Below are positions 1-12,410 of a stretch of DNA of 64,000 bases, one piece after another. The notes under the pieces are model-generated. The model did no database searches. It worked only from the letters and a program-made list of their open reading frames with translations, and had not been told where the DNA came from. Within the stretch, counting starts at the first letter, position 1; each line of letters opens with the position of its first letter. The position numbers and the translations under genes are program-made. The stretch is from Antedon mediterranea (taxonomy: Eukaryota; Animalia; Echinodermata), in assembly GCF_964355755.1 (NCBI RefSeq), contig NC_092672.1, positions 28,836,437 to 28,900,436 on the forward strand. Reading direction: 5' to 3'.

Positions 1-937
1 CATTATTATACATAAGATAACAGTATGATGAATATATAATGAGGCAGATTAATGCTCTTAGGAGAAAAGCCTTTTTCATAAATTTTGTAATTTTTTTACA
101 AATTACCTGATCTAAAAATTAGGCCTACAGTTATAATTTATTTTAACTAAAGTTACTAAATGTTTTGGTAAATTTTCATCAAAAATCAAACAAAATAACT
201 GCAAAAGTGCCCTGTTTTCCAAGTAGTTCCCGCTATTTTTAAGTACAAATAATTTGAGAAAAGGCTATATCTGAAATTTGAACCCCCAAAATAAAAAAAA
301 ATAATAATTGAAAATTATGTCAGATATTTTTTAATAATGTTCTTTTGAAATTTATATTCATTTGAAAATAAAATACTACATGAACTTTTGTAATGAAAAA
401 CAAAAACACGTTTTGGTCAATTACTCAAAAGTAGCCTTTTGTAGATAAGCCCTTTTCTCAAAACGGCAGTATAGGCCTACTGTAATTGTCCTAAAAATGT
501 GTTTCTTCAATAGCATTACTATTTGAATGTGTGTACAGTATTTAAATTGATGTTTTAAGAGAAAATAAATGACAATAAATGAGCTGTTATGAAATGGACA
601 ATTTAAGTAGAAGAATGTAACGATTAAAAAAAAACTTGGAATAAACTTGTTATACTTGCCCAAGTAAACATTTATAATACTATTATTACTAGGTAGAGAA
701 ATATGTTTTATTTAAAAGTGGTGAGAACCACAAGGAGAATGCAGTGTATCTCAATAATATCTACATGCAGAACAACATAATTGCCTTTCTATATAGGTTT
801 TCATATTGACTGACTGATCCATTTTATAGGAGCAAATACATTTTATTAAATGGGATGGGAATTCATCCCTGGCCGAAACGTTACCGATTCGACGAAAAGC
901 TGAATCTGAAGGCAGCGATGGCGTTCCACAGTCATAT

Positions 938-1091
938 ATTTGGCGTTCCATAAGTTATAGCGCCACCTTTGGTTGGTATTTGGCGCATAGATTTGAAAAC
1001 GACAAACGACGATATTTTGTAGGCTCTCTGTGACGTGAGAAGAAGTAATGTTTCTAGGCCTACGTGTTTTTTATGTCGATTTATGAATAAG
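938..1091 (+). promoter_or_regulatory. Duplicated NCAPD2 promoter and non-coding exon 1 of the truncated copy
   Basis: Same CTCF-like (958-972), E2F (979-986) and CHR (992-997) motifs with no changes; donor after 1091, acceptor at 4082. Confidence 0.68.
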
Positions 1092-1645
1092 GTATGTATT
1101 TGAAGATGACTAAAGCATCTATATAATGTTTATAATCCCCTTAATGTCTAACAATATGTTGAAATCATTTCTTATTAGCCACATCATACATTTAAACATT
1201 CAAACTTATTCCTGCTCTATTAGTATAATTATGATAGCTGTGCTGTGTTTCAGCCCGACGACGAACGATACCTGACGAGCCGCCAGACTCCGAGAAGAAT
1301 CGTCGTTCTAGCCTATCATTTTATGCCTAGCCTAGGCCTACATCTATTAATCAAATGGGCCATCCCATTCCCAGCCGCCTAAGCTAGCCTAAATCGAGGG
1401 CGCGCCACCTAAGTCTAGTGTGAAGCTTTGTACACAAATAGAAACGGAATTTTACCTTACTTAAAAAATGTATTGTAATTTGTAGGCTACTACTAGTAGC
1501 TAGGTAGGCCTAGCCTCTACTACTACTAGCTAGGCTAGGCCTATGTTGTCCCCCTGAAAAAATAATTCTTAAAACATTTTTTGTTGAAGAATAGGCTAGG
1601 CCTAGAAGGCTAGCCTATGCATAATAGGCTAGGCCTAGTACTTAC

Positions 1646-3372
1646 GAATACAGATCACTCCGGCCGCGATTCACTCCGGCCGCGATTCATTCCGGCCGCA
1701 GCTATGGAGCGCCCAATGAGTCTTTTACAACCGAGAGACGTTTTTTTGTAGAGAATCAAAATAAATATTTGTAATCATATAGTATATTTTTCGACGTGCA
1801 TTACGTCATAACCAGCCAATGGGGTGCTGGACTTTGGATTTTTTCATATACGCGAAAACAGTGATCAACCGCATTTTCTTTATGCTTCATTTATCGGTAT
1901 TATCGCCGTCGTGTGTGACAAAAACTAAATGTAGCCTACGTCTGTTATTATTATTATTGAAAAGCCAAAACATGTTGATTTTAATTCTAGAATACAAAAA
2001 AACCGTTTCAAAAGAGGCCTAGGCCTACTTACTACGTACTATAACCTCATTATATGAGTTTGTTTGTGTAGGGAAAGCGATGCCAGGCTGGGGCCAGCTG
2101 CATGTGTGCGCTGATTTCTGTGACTCAGACCTGGGGCTACTGTCTAAAAATCATAGTATTTGAGGGCCCCTTTATTGTCCGCACTTGCTTGTTGTTTATG
2201 GTCACCATTGTAAACAAAGTTTAATAAAAAATATAGGCCTAAAGGCCATTTGGAATAAAAATAAAACCCTCATCAGCGCACACACACCCATGCAGCCTGG
2301 CGCCGCCGACAGGAATTCTCTACATACAACAGACGCGATATGAAAAAAAATCAAAAGTCCTTATACGATGACGTCACACACATACCAGCACCCCATTGGC
2401 TGATTATGACGTAATGCAATTTTACCGTACCTTTAGTAAACAGAAGTTAGAATACGGTACCGTATCTTTAGCCACAGCGTATATTTTTTCTCTTTCAGGA
2501 TCACAACAACATCGCAAGTGTTTTAAATTAGGTCTAATGCTAAAACAAAATAATTTATGTGTTGTATCCAATTAAATGTAATAGGCTAGTATAATTGTAA
2601 TGTGATTAATTAATGTAATTTATTGCAATGTACCCTATATGTCATATTATTGTTATCATATATAAATTAAAATATAAAATCATTGTAAATTGGACTGTAC
2701 AAAAATAATATATTAATTCTTGATACAATTCCAGGTAACATTAATTACACGGATATTTGATTATTTGAAATGAATTAATATTGTAAATATTGTTATTAAC
2801 TATAACAAACATCAATAATAATTGATTATTTGAAATAAATAAATTAATATTTTACATATTGTTATTAACTATAATTAGTAAGTATGGGTACTGGCAAGAT
2901 ATGTGTTATAAAAATAAGGGTTTTAACAAATTTTTAATGTTAATAAATGTAAAGCTATAAAAATAAATGTACATAGAAAGAAATTAAATAGTGTTATTCA
3001 AGCATTAATTAGACGGGTATTTGATTATTATTTTATTATGGAATTTAATTAAGTTAAGTTTAGTTTGAAAGAAAAAGCAGTTCCAACTTCTTTGAATGTT
3101 ATTGTTAATGAAAAAAGTAAAATTGTTGCTAATAAATATTCAACTAGTTCCATTTAAATTCACCAAGAATTTGTTATAACTAACAGTAACACTGAACAGT
3201 ATAGAAAACGTAGATATGGGCGCTCCATACTAACGGCCCCTTTGCACAGGAAGTCGAATTGAATAGCGGCCGGAGTGCATACCATCGCGCTAAACTGATA
3301 CGGCGGCCGGAGTGAAGCGCGGCCGGAGTGAAGCGCGGCCGGAGTGAAGCGCGGCCGGAGTGATCGGCTACC
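1646..3372. mobile_element. Non-autonomous foldback-like DNA transposon with tandem 15-mer subterminal repeats and 8-bp TSD
   Basis: TSD GTACTTAC at 1638-1645 and 3373-3380; (CACTCCGGCCGCGATT)n on the left inverted against (GCGGCCGGAGTGAA)n on the right; the paralog has a single GTACTTAC near 36568. Confidence 0.85.
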
Positions 3373-4099
3373 GTACTTACTAGGCCTAGGTCTATATGCC
3401 ATTTTAATGTCGCCTCATACTGTACATCATAGCCGGCCTCATATAGGCTCTAAATTTATTTACCTGAAAAAAAACTGTAAATTAAAGCAAAAATTGGCTG
3501 GCTGCCAGTCAATACAGTTTTTTTTGTTTAATTTATTATTATTTTGTCATTTTGTAAGTGAAAGTATTATTTTTTCTGTTTCTTTTTCTACGGACCTTTT
3601 AAACTTAAATATTAATTAAAAACATTTGAATGTTGTATTCTTTTTATCTATAATAGGCCTACCTAATAATAACTAAAAGTATCTTAATTCTTACTATACA
3701 CTGTTGCTAGCTAGTATCCTGTAGGCCTATCCTACTAGGCCCTACTGTATATCAATACAATAGACCTACCAGTACCACCATTCAAATCCACCTTTCTTTC
3801 TGGCTCCTCTACTTTTGGCGTAGTAGTAGGCTAGCCTACTGTAACTATACATATCACAGTTGTAAGCCCCTAGCAAACCCTAATATTGATTAAATTATGT
3901 CCAAAATTCAAAGCTTGTAATTGTCTAACTATCATTGTATCAATCAATCCGGCCTATTTGCGCTAACCAATTGTACAAAAAATTTTCTGAGAATACAAAT
4001 ATTATAGTACAATATTCTGACATTCTACTGTGTAACTGTAACATTGTACATAACGTTTCCTGTGTTTTTACTTTATTTTTAGAATAACAAAAACTGAAA

Positions 4100-7000
4100 A
4101 TGAGCTTTGAATTTGTCATACCGCTGCATCAATCAGACTTACTAAGAGCATCAGGAGCCAATCAGTATGTGGTTGAAGACCTTTGTGTTTCCAGGCAAAT
4201 TGCAGATAAAGTATTTGGTAGATACATTTATTTATAAACAAATTTAATAATTCAATTCATGGTATCTGATTGTTTAATAGATGTTGTATAGTTATTGCCA
4301 TGCCCTTAAATCACCCCTTAACTGCATGTGTCTGTGTTTTTCGTTATAGAATTTATACTAACAGTATATAAAAATAAGTAATTCCGGTTTAGTAATTGTA
4401 TACCAAATGCCATATTTCATTTCAATAAAAAACAATAAACAAAACAATATTAAAATACACAAACATAATAAATAACAGGCAAATCATGAAACAGGGCACC
4501 CCAATTATTGAACTACTGTGTAAATCACTGTTGGGTGGGGAAATGAATGGAAAACCTTTTTACTCAAACAGAAAATCTAAGTTTCAATTTGTAACTTGGC
4601 AAAATAGAATTTTAATTTTTTTTTATGGTAACGATACTGTAGAATCCACAAGTTATCTTTATCTTATAGGCCGAAATAATAGATACGGTAGCACGCCCTA
4701 TGTTGCTTGCTGTATGTTTCAAGTATTTCGCTTAGATTCATTTATTCGTGGAGTACTAACTTAATGTTTAAACGGAAAAGCTATACAGTAAAGTCCTGAA
4801 TCAAATACGTCCATTGACTGTCACAAATGCTTTAATTAGACTTAATTAATATAAATTATTGGTGTTTTTTTACTTATTCTTTTTTCTTTTTCTTATTCTA
4901 GGTTGTAAATCATTGTTACGGAATGATGGACCACTTATGCTACTTGAAACCTTTGATATATTTTACAGTGTTTTAAGGTACTGACATTTTATTTATCTTA
5001 AATTACGCCAGTGCGTCTTCTCCGGGCAGGCGATGTTGGTTCGTGATTGCTACGATTCCTGTGCGGTAGTATTGAGTTGTTGAAATATTATTCGCATTAC
5101 ATCTGTCTGTGTGGTCTGTGGAGTTGCGGCATATAAACTCTCTCAATCTTATTGGTATTACATACACATACCTGTAAATAAATTTATCAACATTTAAAGC
5201 TCTGTCTGCACTATCAAACTAGTTTTCAAGACAAAAAAAGTGTGATGTGCCCAAATATGGTAGTTATAATTACTGTATGTGTCCGACTCCAAATATAGTA
5301 GTGATATGACATTATGTCCATATATGGGCACATTCACATTTTTTACTTTTTTGTTCTTTTAAAAAGATATTTTATACTTTACAAATGGAGTTTGCTTTTT
5401 TTCCAGGCAATTTAAAGATGTAACTTCTGAGGTGAAGGAGATGGCCTGGGAATTTCTTTTAAAAAGTTAGTTTTTTCTTGTTTTCTTTCATAAAAAGATG
5501 ATCATTAAATCTCACTTTTGACAAGAATGTCAGAAACAAACTAAAGGTCCTAGCTTCAAATTATCATCAGTACAGAGGTTCCTGGGTAAAACTCGAACCC
5601 ACAACCTCTGTCACTAGCCTGCCAAGCCAATAAAATCTAGGATTAAAAGTAAAATTTCACTGTCTAATTCAATTCTATTTACAGTGTGCAAACAAGAAAC
5701 ACAAGGGTTAGCAACATATTTAGAGGAGGACCAGCTAGACTCCGTATCGAGACAGCGTCACTTGAACTTTCTTAAGATGAACATGTACTTGCTGAGCCAG
5801 ATGGCTGAGACATTTGAGACCGTATTAACAAGGCCAGCGACCAGTATTGCATCAAAAAAAGTAATTATTATTAAGCTCTTTCTACCAAACTTTATGTAAC
5901 AGAATATGTGATATGCCCATCCTATACGGACATGATGATTTCATATCACTACCATATTTGGGCATATCACTACCATATTTAGCCATTTCACACATTTTTT
6001 GTCAAACTCTATCGGTAGTGTTTGACATAGCTTAAGAGGGTTAAACCTTAAACCTAATGTTGACTCTACATCCCAACATGCAGTGCACAAGCTCCACCTA
6101 CTTTGTAAACAAATTCAATCATCTGTGCATAAATAATGGAAAACATTAGTATTGTACATACAGTCAAAACATTGACCAAAGGTTATCAAAAGATGGAAGA
6201 ACTCTTTACATTGGTGCAAATAATGACAAAAATAGTATATTTAAAGTAAATTATTTTTTTGCTGTTTAAATCAAACAATTAAATGAATTCTTCATCTTTA
6301 ATTATGCAAGTAAAAGGTTTATCAGTGCTAGATAATAAATACATAATATGTGTTGAATGTGTAATATATATACAGTATACTGTACATTATTTTCATTATG
6401 CTATCAAAACAGTATGTTAACATAACAGTTTCATCTGAATTGGATTTTACATGTTAGGCTCCCTATTATTAATTTAAATGTGTATTTTCATATAAAAATA
6501 ATATTTGTTTGATAGCAATATTTTTGTGCGTTGTTTGTTAATTTGGTGTTTGAATTTTCTAATCGCAAAGGGTGGTCGTAAGAAAGCTGCAAACGTAGGT
6601 TTTGATTGGGAAAACGAGAAAGAGAATTTCATCAGTGTCATTTCTCAACCACTTCAATTGGATATATATCGTCTCTGGGATCCACCAATTGTAGAAGAGG
6701 AGTTTGTTAAGTAAGGACAATATCAAAATTTAATTGTCAATGTCAGAATGTAGTGTTACTCTTTGTTGAATAACTTTATCATTCTACCAATCACTCAAAT
6801 TTCTGCTTAATCATTAACGTTCTTAAATATGCTACCTTTTGACTCTTCCTTATTTTTAGTATAACAAATAGTGCATTCATTTGTTTTGTTTCAATTTCCT
6901 TTGAGTTACTTAGTTTCAATGGCCAACCAAAACTAACATAATGAACATTCTTAAATGTAAGCATGATGTTCAATTTTACTGTTTATGTGCTACTATAGCC

Positions 7001-9238
7001 CACAAAGCACGCAATATTGGCTAGCCAGTGTACAGTAGTTGCTAATGACTGCACTAATTTCTCTACAACTAATTAATAGACATTTATTTCAATTTAACTG
7101 TGTATTCAACTGCAGTTTTAGTCATCTGTGCTATATTAGTATGTATGATTAGTTATTGATTGAAATTATTTTTGATTGTAGCCTTGTAGCCAACTGTTGT
7201 TACAAATTACTTGAGAACCCTTTGACATGCCGCAACAAACCATGTAAGGACGCCATCTTTAATTTGATTGGACTACTAGTGAAACGCTACAACCATACCC
7301 TCAGTAAGTATTCATACCTTATTTAAAATTTAATGAATGAATTTAAATTAAATATTTCTTGTTTCATAATTTGCCAGAATTGATACTACCATGTCTTTTC
7401 TAACTATTAGCAAACGCTACAAGCTAACATGGTTACACCTGAAATACTGTATATAATTACCTTATGAATATTCAAATTAGTTAGATATAAAATTCACAAA
7501 ATATGTGTTTGCAAATTTTACTGTACATTTATCGAAATTCATTTAGCCTTTTCTTTCCACCATTTTAGACCGGAAGATTCATTTATCTGTCGGGGAAAAT
7601 CATGAGAGACATTACAAGTATTTAAATTTGTTAATCAATATTCAATATTTGCATTGTATTTTGTATACAGGTGCTAGTTTGAAGGTTACACAGTTACTAC
7701 AGCACTTTGAGCATGTATCAGGACCATTGGCAGAAGCTGTAAGCCTCATTTGTACCAATTTTGGTGTCAAGAACATTGTTAGTGAAATATTCAGGTATGT
7801 ACATTTATGCTATTTAACACCGGCCTAAATGTACCAATAGATTGTTAGTTTAAATGAGGTTAGGAGCATTCCTGGCACCAAAGAATTCCACCCCACAGAA
7901 AAATGTCACCACAAATGTTGGCCTCAATCATACAAAACCTGAACATTTCTGTACTATCACCCTCCACAAAAAGAGAAACACACGGTCATGAATAAATATT
8001 CAAATATATATTTTCAGAGAAATCGGCAGCATGGATCCGAAGGATTTAGCCAGAGACAACAGTGGTACAAGATCTTGCGCAGCATTTCTGGTTGAACTTG
8101 CTGAGAGGATCCCTGCCATTATGCTGCCAAGCATGAGTGTCCTGTTGTGCCATTTAGATGGGGAGGTATGCCACAAATTTGGTGTCGATGGTACAAGCTT
8201 GTGTATCAGATTTACTTTAAGTCAAATTAGTTAAGCCTAGATTTCCCATTGAGAAATAGAGCCACGCTTGTGGTATCTGTAATAGAGTTATTGAATTGTT
8301 GAACTTTTGTATATTTTAGTCTTATACAATGAGGAACAGTATGCTGGGTGTGATTGGAGAGATTGTTCTGCAAGTTCTAAGTGGAGATACATTGGATAAA
8401 AAGGCTAAAGATACTCGTGATCAGCGCCTTGACAAATTAGAGGTTTGTTGTTTGAAAAACAAACACACTTTTAGCTGATTTTAGTATGAAAATGTTTGAG
8501 AGTTAAAACTTTGGAAAAACCCACCTATAAATTTGTTTGCATTTGAATGCAAAAACAACAGGGGTTATGAATTGTATGTACAATTAACATTAGAAAGAAT
8601 GTCTTCTCTCACATACAGGAGTTCCTAGTAACTGTCTGTTTAGATTTCAAACACAGGTATATCCAAGGTTGACTTGTTGCTTTAAATGAAAGCAGTTTAC
8701 ATCACCTACACGATGTTTTGGCCATTATCACTGGCATTCAGTTCTGAATAATTCAGAACCATGTCCACAGTTTTGCTGCTTCCCAGCTAAGCGGGCAAAC
8801 CTGTGATTTACAAACAGTAAACAAAAACAAACGGAAGCAATTAATTAGGAAATAAAAAATAAAGATATATATAATAAATAAATTGACGGATGAATTTAAG
8901 AAAGTTTATAAAAATATGCTAAAATATTTCATTTAATAACAATTATTAAATATATTCAATAGGAAGTTGGAAAAGAAGGGGTACTATATTGTACACAATT
9001 CTGGGCACAACCTTCTCATGAAACGAACATATGGCAATATATGTTTTAACACTAGGGCCATAGAGCTGTTGTAGGCCTAGGTTAGGTTGGCCTACTGGAG
9101 CTTAGAGTTGAATGTTCAGGATTCTTTTCTACTCTATTTTATCTTCACAAATTTAATTCTTAGGATCATATTCACGATGTTCACGCATTCACTCGCAGTA
9201 AAGCTCTTCAGATTTGGCATCGGATGTGCAACAATTAA
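4100..9238 (+). CDS. NCAPD2: 5' partial duplicate of NCAPD2: 10 coding exons, open frame, 386-aa N-terminal HEAT fragment (truncated paralog or young pseudogene)
   Basis: Exons 4100-4217, 4902-4977, 5407-5465, 5685-5860, 6571-6710, 7182-7303, 7671-7794, 8018-8165, 8320-8442, 9164-9238. The first nine match the full gene in length and all splice sites are GT-AG. Identity to 42413-42484 stops at ...ATGTGCAACAAT, followed by TAA. Expression unknown. Confidence 0.85.
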
Positions 9239-9923
9239 AATTGTAATGATAATAGTATAATCATGCTAGTACGAAGAAATAAATACTCGCAAATAAAATT
9301 TAATTTAAAAATCATGATAATAAGTGTTTTGTTTCGTTTTCTTTCTGTTTTTATACTTGTACTATTATTGTTGCTCTTTTGGCGCTCCATAGAAACAAAA
9401 ACATTGAGCATGAGGAGTTACAGTATACAAAGAAACACGTCTGTAAAATCATCAATTTAAAGGATTTATTTATTTGTTTTTATGTGTTTCTCCTTCTGAA
9501 AGTACTTATAAGTCCTAATTTTAAAGTGTGGTATTCAGGATAAATTTAGTTAACAAATTTGGAGTCAAAATACAAGAAAGGCAGGTGCGAAAGAAAAACA
9601 TCCTCTGAACCACACAATGGAGTAAATATATACCAACAAATAACCCGTCAAGTTTGTTTGTTTGTTGTAAAGAAAAAAATATACATTATTTTACTCAACG
9701 GGCAAAAATAACGTGAGTTTATCTATGTTTTGCGGTAGTATTTAATTATATTTATGTTAATAAATGTAACCTACTATGTTTAAAATTATGTATGGATAAA
9801 CAAGTATTGTTTTTGAAGCTGTAGGATATCTTAGAATTTGTAATCTTAGTTCTTGGGTCTTAGCTTTCGTGATCTTAGGTCTTAGGGGGTCTTAGCTTTC
9901 GTAGTCTTAGGTTTCGTGACACC
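9239..9923. mobile_element. Right-end fragment of a related foldback-like element at the truncation junction
   Basis: GGCGCTCCATAG at ~9381 (motif shared with 1646-3372 and 34314-36415); tandem TCTTAG(G/C)TTTCGTG repeats at 9830-9918 ending ..GACACCC. No left end seen. Confidence 0.55.
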
Positions 9924-11396
9924 CGTATTATATTATTAATTATCTCTCAACGTAGGAATATACAGTAGGCCTACTCATCAGGCAATCTTATCCGGAATTA
10001 AATTTTATTCATAATACTCACTATTATAATACAGTAGGCCTAACTCATTGAATGTTATACAAAATACAGTAATCACATTAGGAAGATGGAACGCAAAACA
10101 AAAGGTGTTTTGATTAAAATAAATAATATTATAGTAGGCTATTATAAATTGCTGATAATGTAATAATTCCAAGTCAACATGAAATCAATCAATCAGGCAT
10201 CCTTCAGTCAAAATTGACTATGGAGACAACATTGGAGAGAATTTCATCGGTTATCCAGTGAGTTTGTGGCGGCCGTAAATGTGTTCAGAAACATTATTTA
10301 ATATAAAAAATAATAATATAATAATAATAGGCCTACATTAAGACCACATCAATTACAAAACATATTCTTGCCAAAGCACAGTGAAGTTTTTATAAATTAA
10401 ATATATTGTTAATCGCAATGGAATTAATAATTTCTTGGTAGGCCTAATCTAGCATTTTTGTATACGAGAGGATCATATAAAGAATGCGGTCGCGTTATAC
10501 GCTTAACACTCTGCGTTGCTTATCGTTCTCAAGCAGATATGCTCAACACAGGCGTATTAATAGTAGTGCGTATTGCGTAGGGCATATCTGATTGGTCGAT
10601 TGCAGCCGCCATCTTGTTGGTTCCCTCTCCATGGAGAATCACATTTTGAACTGCGATTACACTGCAGTTTGACATCCAGGCTTCGGCTATATAAAATATC
10701 ATTGCTACAACTAGAAGGTAAGCGAGCGTGCCCACAGATGGTTCTCGAATACACAGTAGTTTCAGCTATACAATCTTTGGTTTCAGCGTTAAAAAAATGT
10801 TTTTTTTATGTACGAACCGCAGGACTTTAATACATTGTCGTTTACAGAAAAGAATAAATAGACACGATGATTTATGTAGTCAACTAAAATTAGCTCCCTG
10901 GGAATCACTTCCGAAAGAGAAACTTGTCACAAAATGAGTCCAAATTTTTGATTTGAATTTGATTTTGAATTTAAACAATTCGTGTTTTGTATGTTAAATT
11001 TGGGTTGAGGGGTGGGGAAGAGGATGTATACAAAGCGGAACAGTTTTTAAATATATTCTTTATCCACCAACGAAATATAATTGTTTCATGTTTTATGGGC
11101 CTATAAATAATAAACCACTAAATACAGTAAAACATTTGTGATTTTTAAATCGCAAATGTTTTAACAAAGTATTAAAATAATATTTAATATTAAAACTGTC
11201 CCTGTCATAGTCGATTGAAATAGTAAAGTACATGTAACGACACACCACTACTCTTTTTTATAATTATTAATTAATACAAACGTTGAGAAGCAACTGTCAG
11301 CAATAAAGTTTATTCTGTATAGTATGTGTTTATATATCTAACAGTCACAGTAATAAAGTTTATTTGTATATATGTTTATATTATATCTAACAGTAC

Positions 11397-11748
11397 CCAC
11401 ACTCACAGTAAGACATTTTCGATTCAAATGCCGACAAAAAATGGTTATTATACTATATCTTAAGGTTTTAAGTTTATTTTCCAAGGGCCCATAAATTTAC
11501 CTACTTGTGTTAAACCAAGGACTTATAAATTTACCTACTTGTCTCTGGGAGACAGAGAGATTGGAATGTTGCATTTATCGCAAATCAATACATTTGTATA
11601 AACGTATATTAAATCTATCAAAATAGTATATTTAAAAAAAAACGGCCTGTCTTCAACACTATGATGCTGTAATCGAGCTTTTCAAACTAACCGGTTTTCA
11701 GCTATTAAAAACTATTATCGTAGGAGGAGATAGGTAAATGCGAAGCAT
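11397..11748 (+). repeat. Interspersed repeat, copy 1 (second copy 23024-23351)
   Basis: ACACTCACAGTAAGA..TTCAAATG..AAGGGCCCAT..ATCGCAAATCAATACATTTGTATAAAC..ATGCGAAGCAT is shared. Confidence 0.8.
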
Positions 11749-12410
11749 TGTTGAAACCTACGACCGCAAATGTGAATCAACCACAAATGTGAAAACGCCC
11801 ACAAATGTGAATCAACCACAAATGTGAAAACGCCCACAAATGTGAAAACAACCACTAAATGTGAAATCGCATCACCCATCACTAATGTGAAAACAACCAC
11901 TAAATGTGAAATCGCATCACCCACCACTAATGTGAAAACAACCACTAAATGTGAAATCGCATCACCCACCACTAATGTGAAAACAACCACTAAATGTGAA
12001 ATCGCATCACCCACCACTAATGTGAAAACAACCACTAAATTAATGTGAAATCGCATCACCCACCACTAATGTGAAAACAACCACTGAATGTGAAATCGCA
12101 TCACCCATCACTAATGTGAAAACAACCACTAAATGTGAAATCGCATCACCCACCACTAATGTGAAAACAACCACTAAATGTGAAATCGCATCACCCACCA
12201 CTAATGTGAAAACAACCACTAAATGTGAAATCGCATCACCCACCACTAATGTGAAAACAACCACTAAATGTGAAATCGCATCACCCACCACTAATGTGAA
12301 AAAAACCTCAAATGTAATTAAGAGCGCCCACATGTGAAAAGGATCATCGCCAACAATTGTGATAACGCCCACTAATGTAAAACAAAGAACATTTCGTCCA
12401 CAAATGTAAA
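11749..12410 (+). repeat. 45-bp minisatellite (AATGTGAAAACAACCACTAAATGTGAAATCGCATCACCCACCACT, ~10 units), probably the subterminal array of a TGTTG-terminated transposon
   Basis: Near-perfect units 11839-12300 that decay on both sides; begins TGTTG at 11749, exactly where similarity to the repeat at 23024-23351 ends. Confidence 0.85.

Larger units (their letters stand above)
41..9235 (+). repeat. Segmental duplication, copy A (paralogous to ~33364-42484)
   Basis: Colinear similarity from GA(G/C)AGATTAATGCTCTTA (41 vs 33371) through the promoter, introns and exons to the breakpoint inside the 10th coding exon. The left edge may extend beyond the window. Confidence 0.93.

Noticed and set aside
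1255-1310. CTGACGA hammerhead-like core (also at ~34098)
   Set aside because: No stem II followed by GAAA, and the flanking stems are not conserved between the two copies.
11715-12372. Repetitive ORFs (TTNVKTTTKCEIASP)n and (VVVFTLVVGDAISHL)n, also CRISPR-like in appearance
   Set aside because: These are translations of a 45-bp minisatellite. The units are identical with no unique spacers, and the context is eukaryotic.
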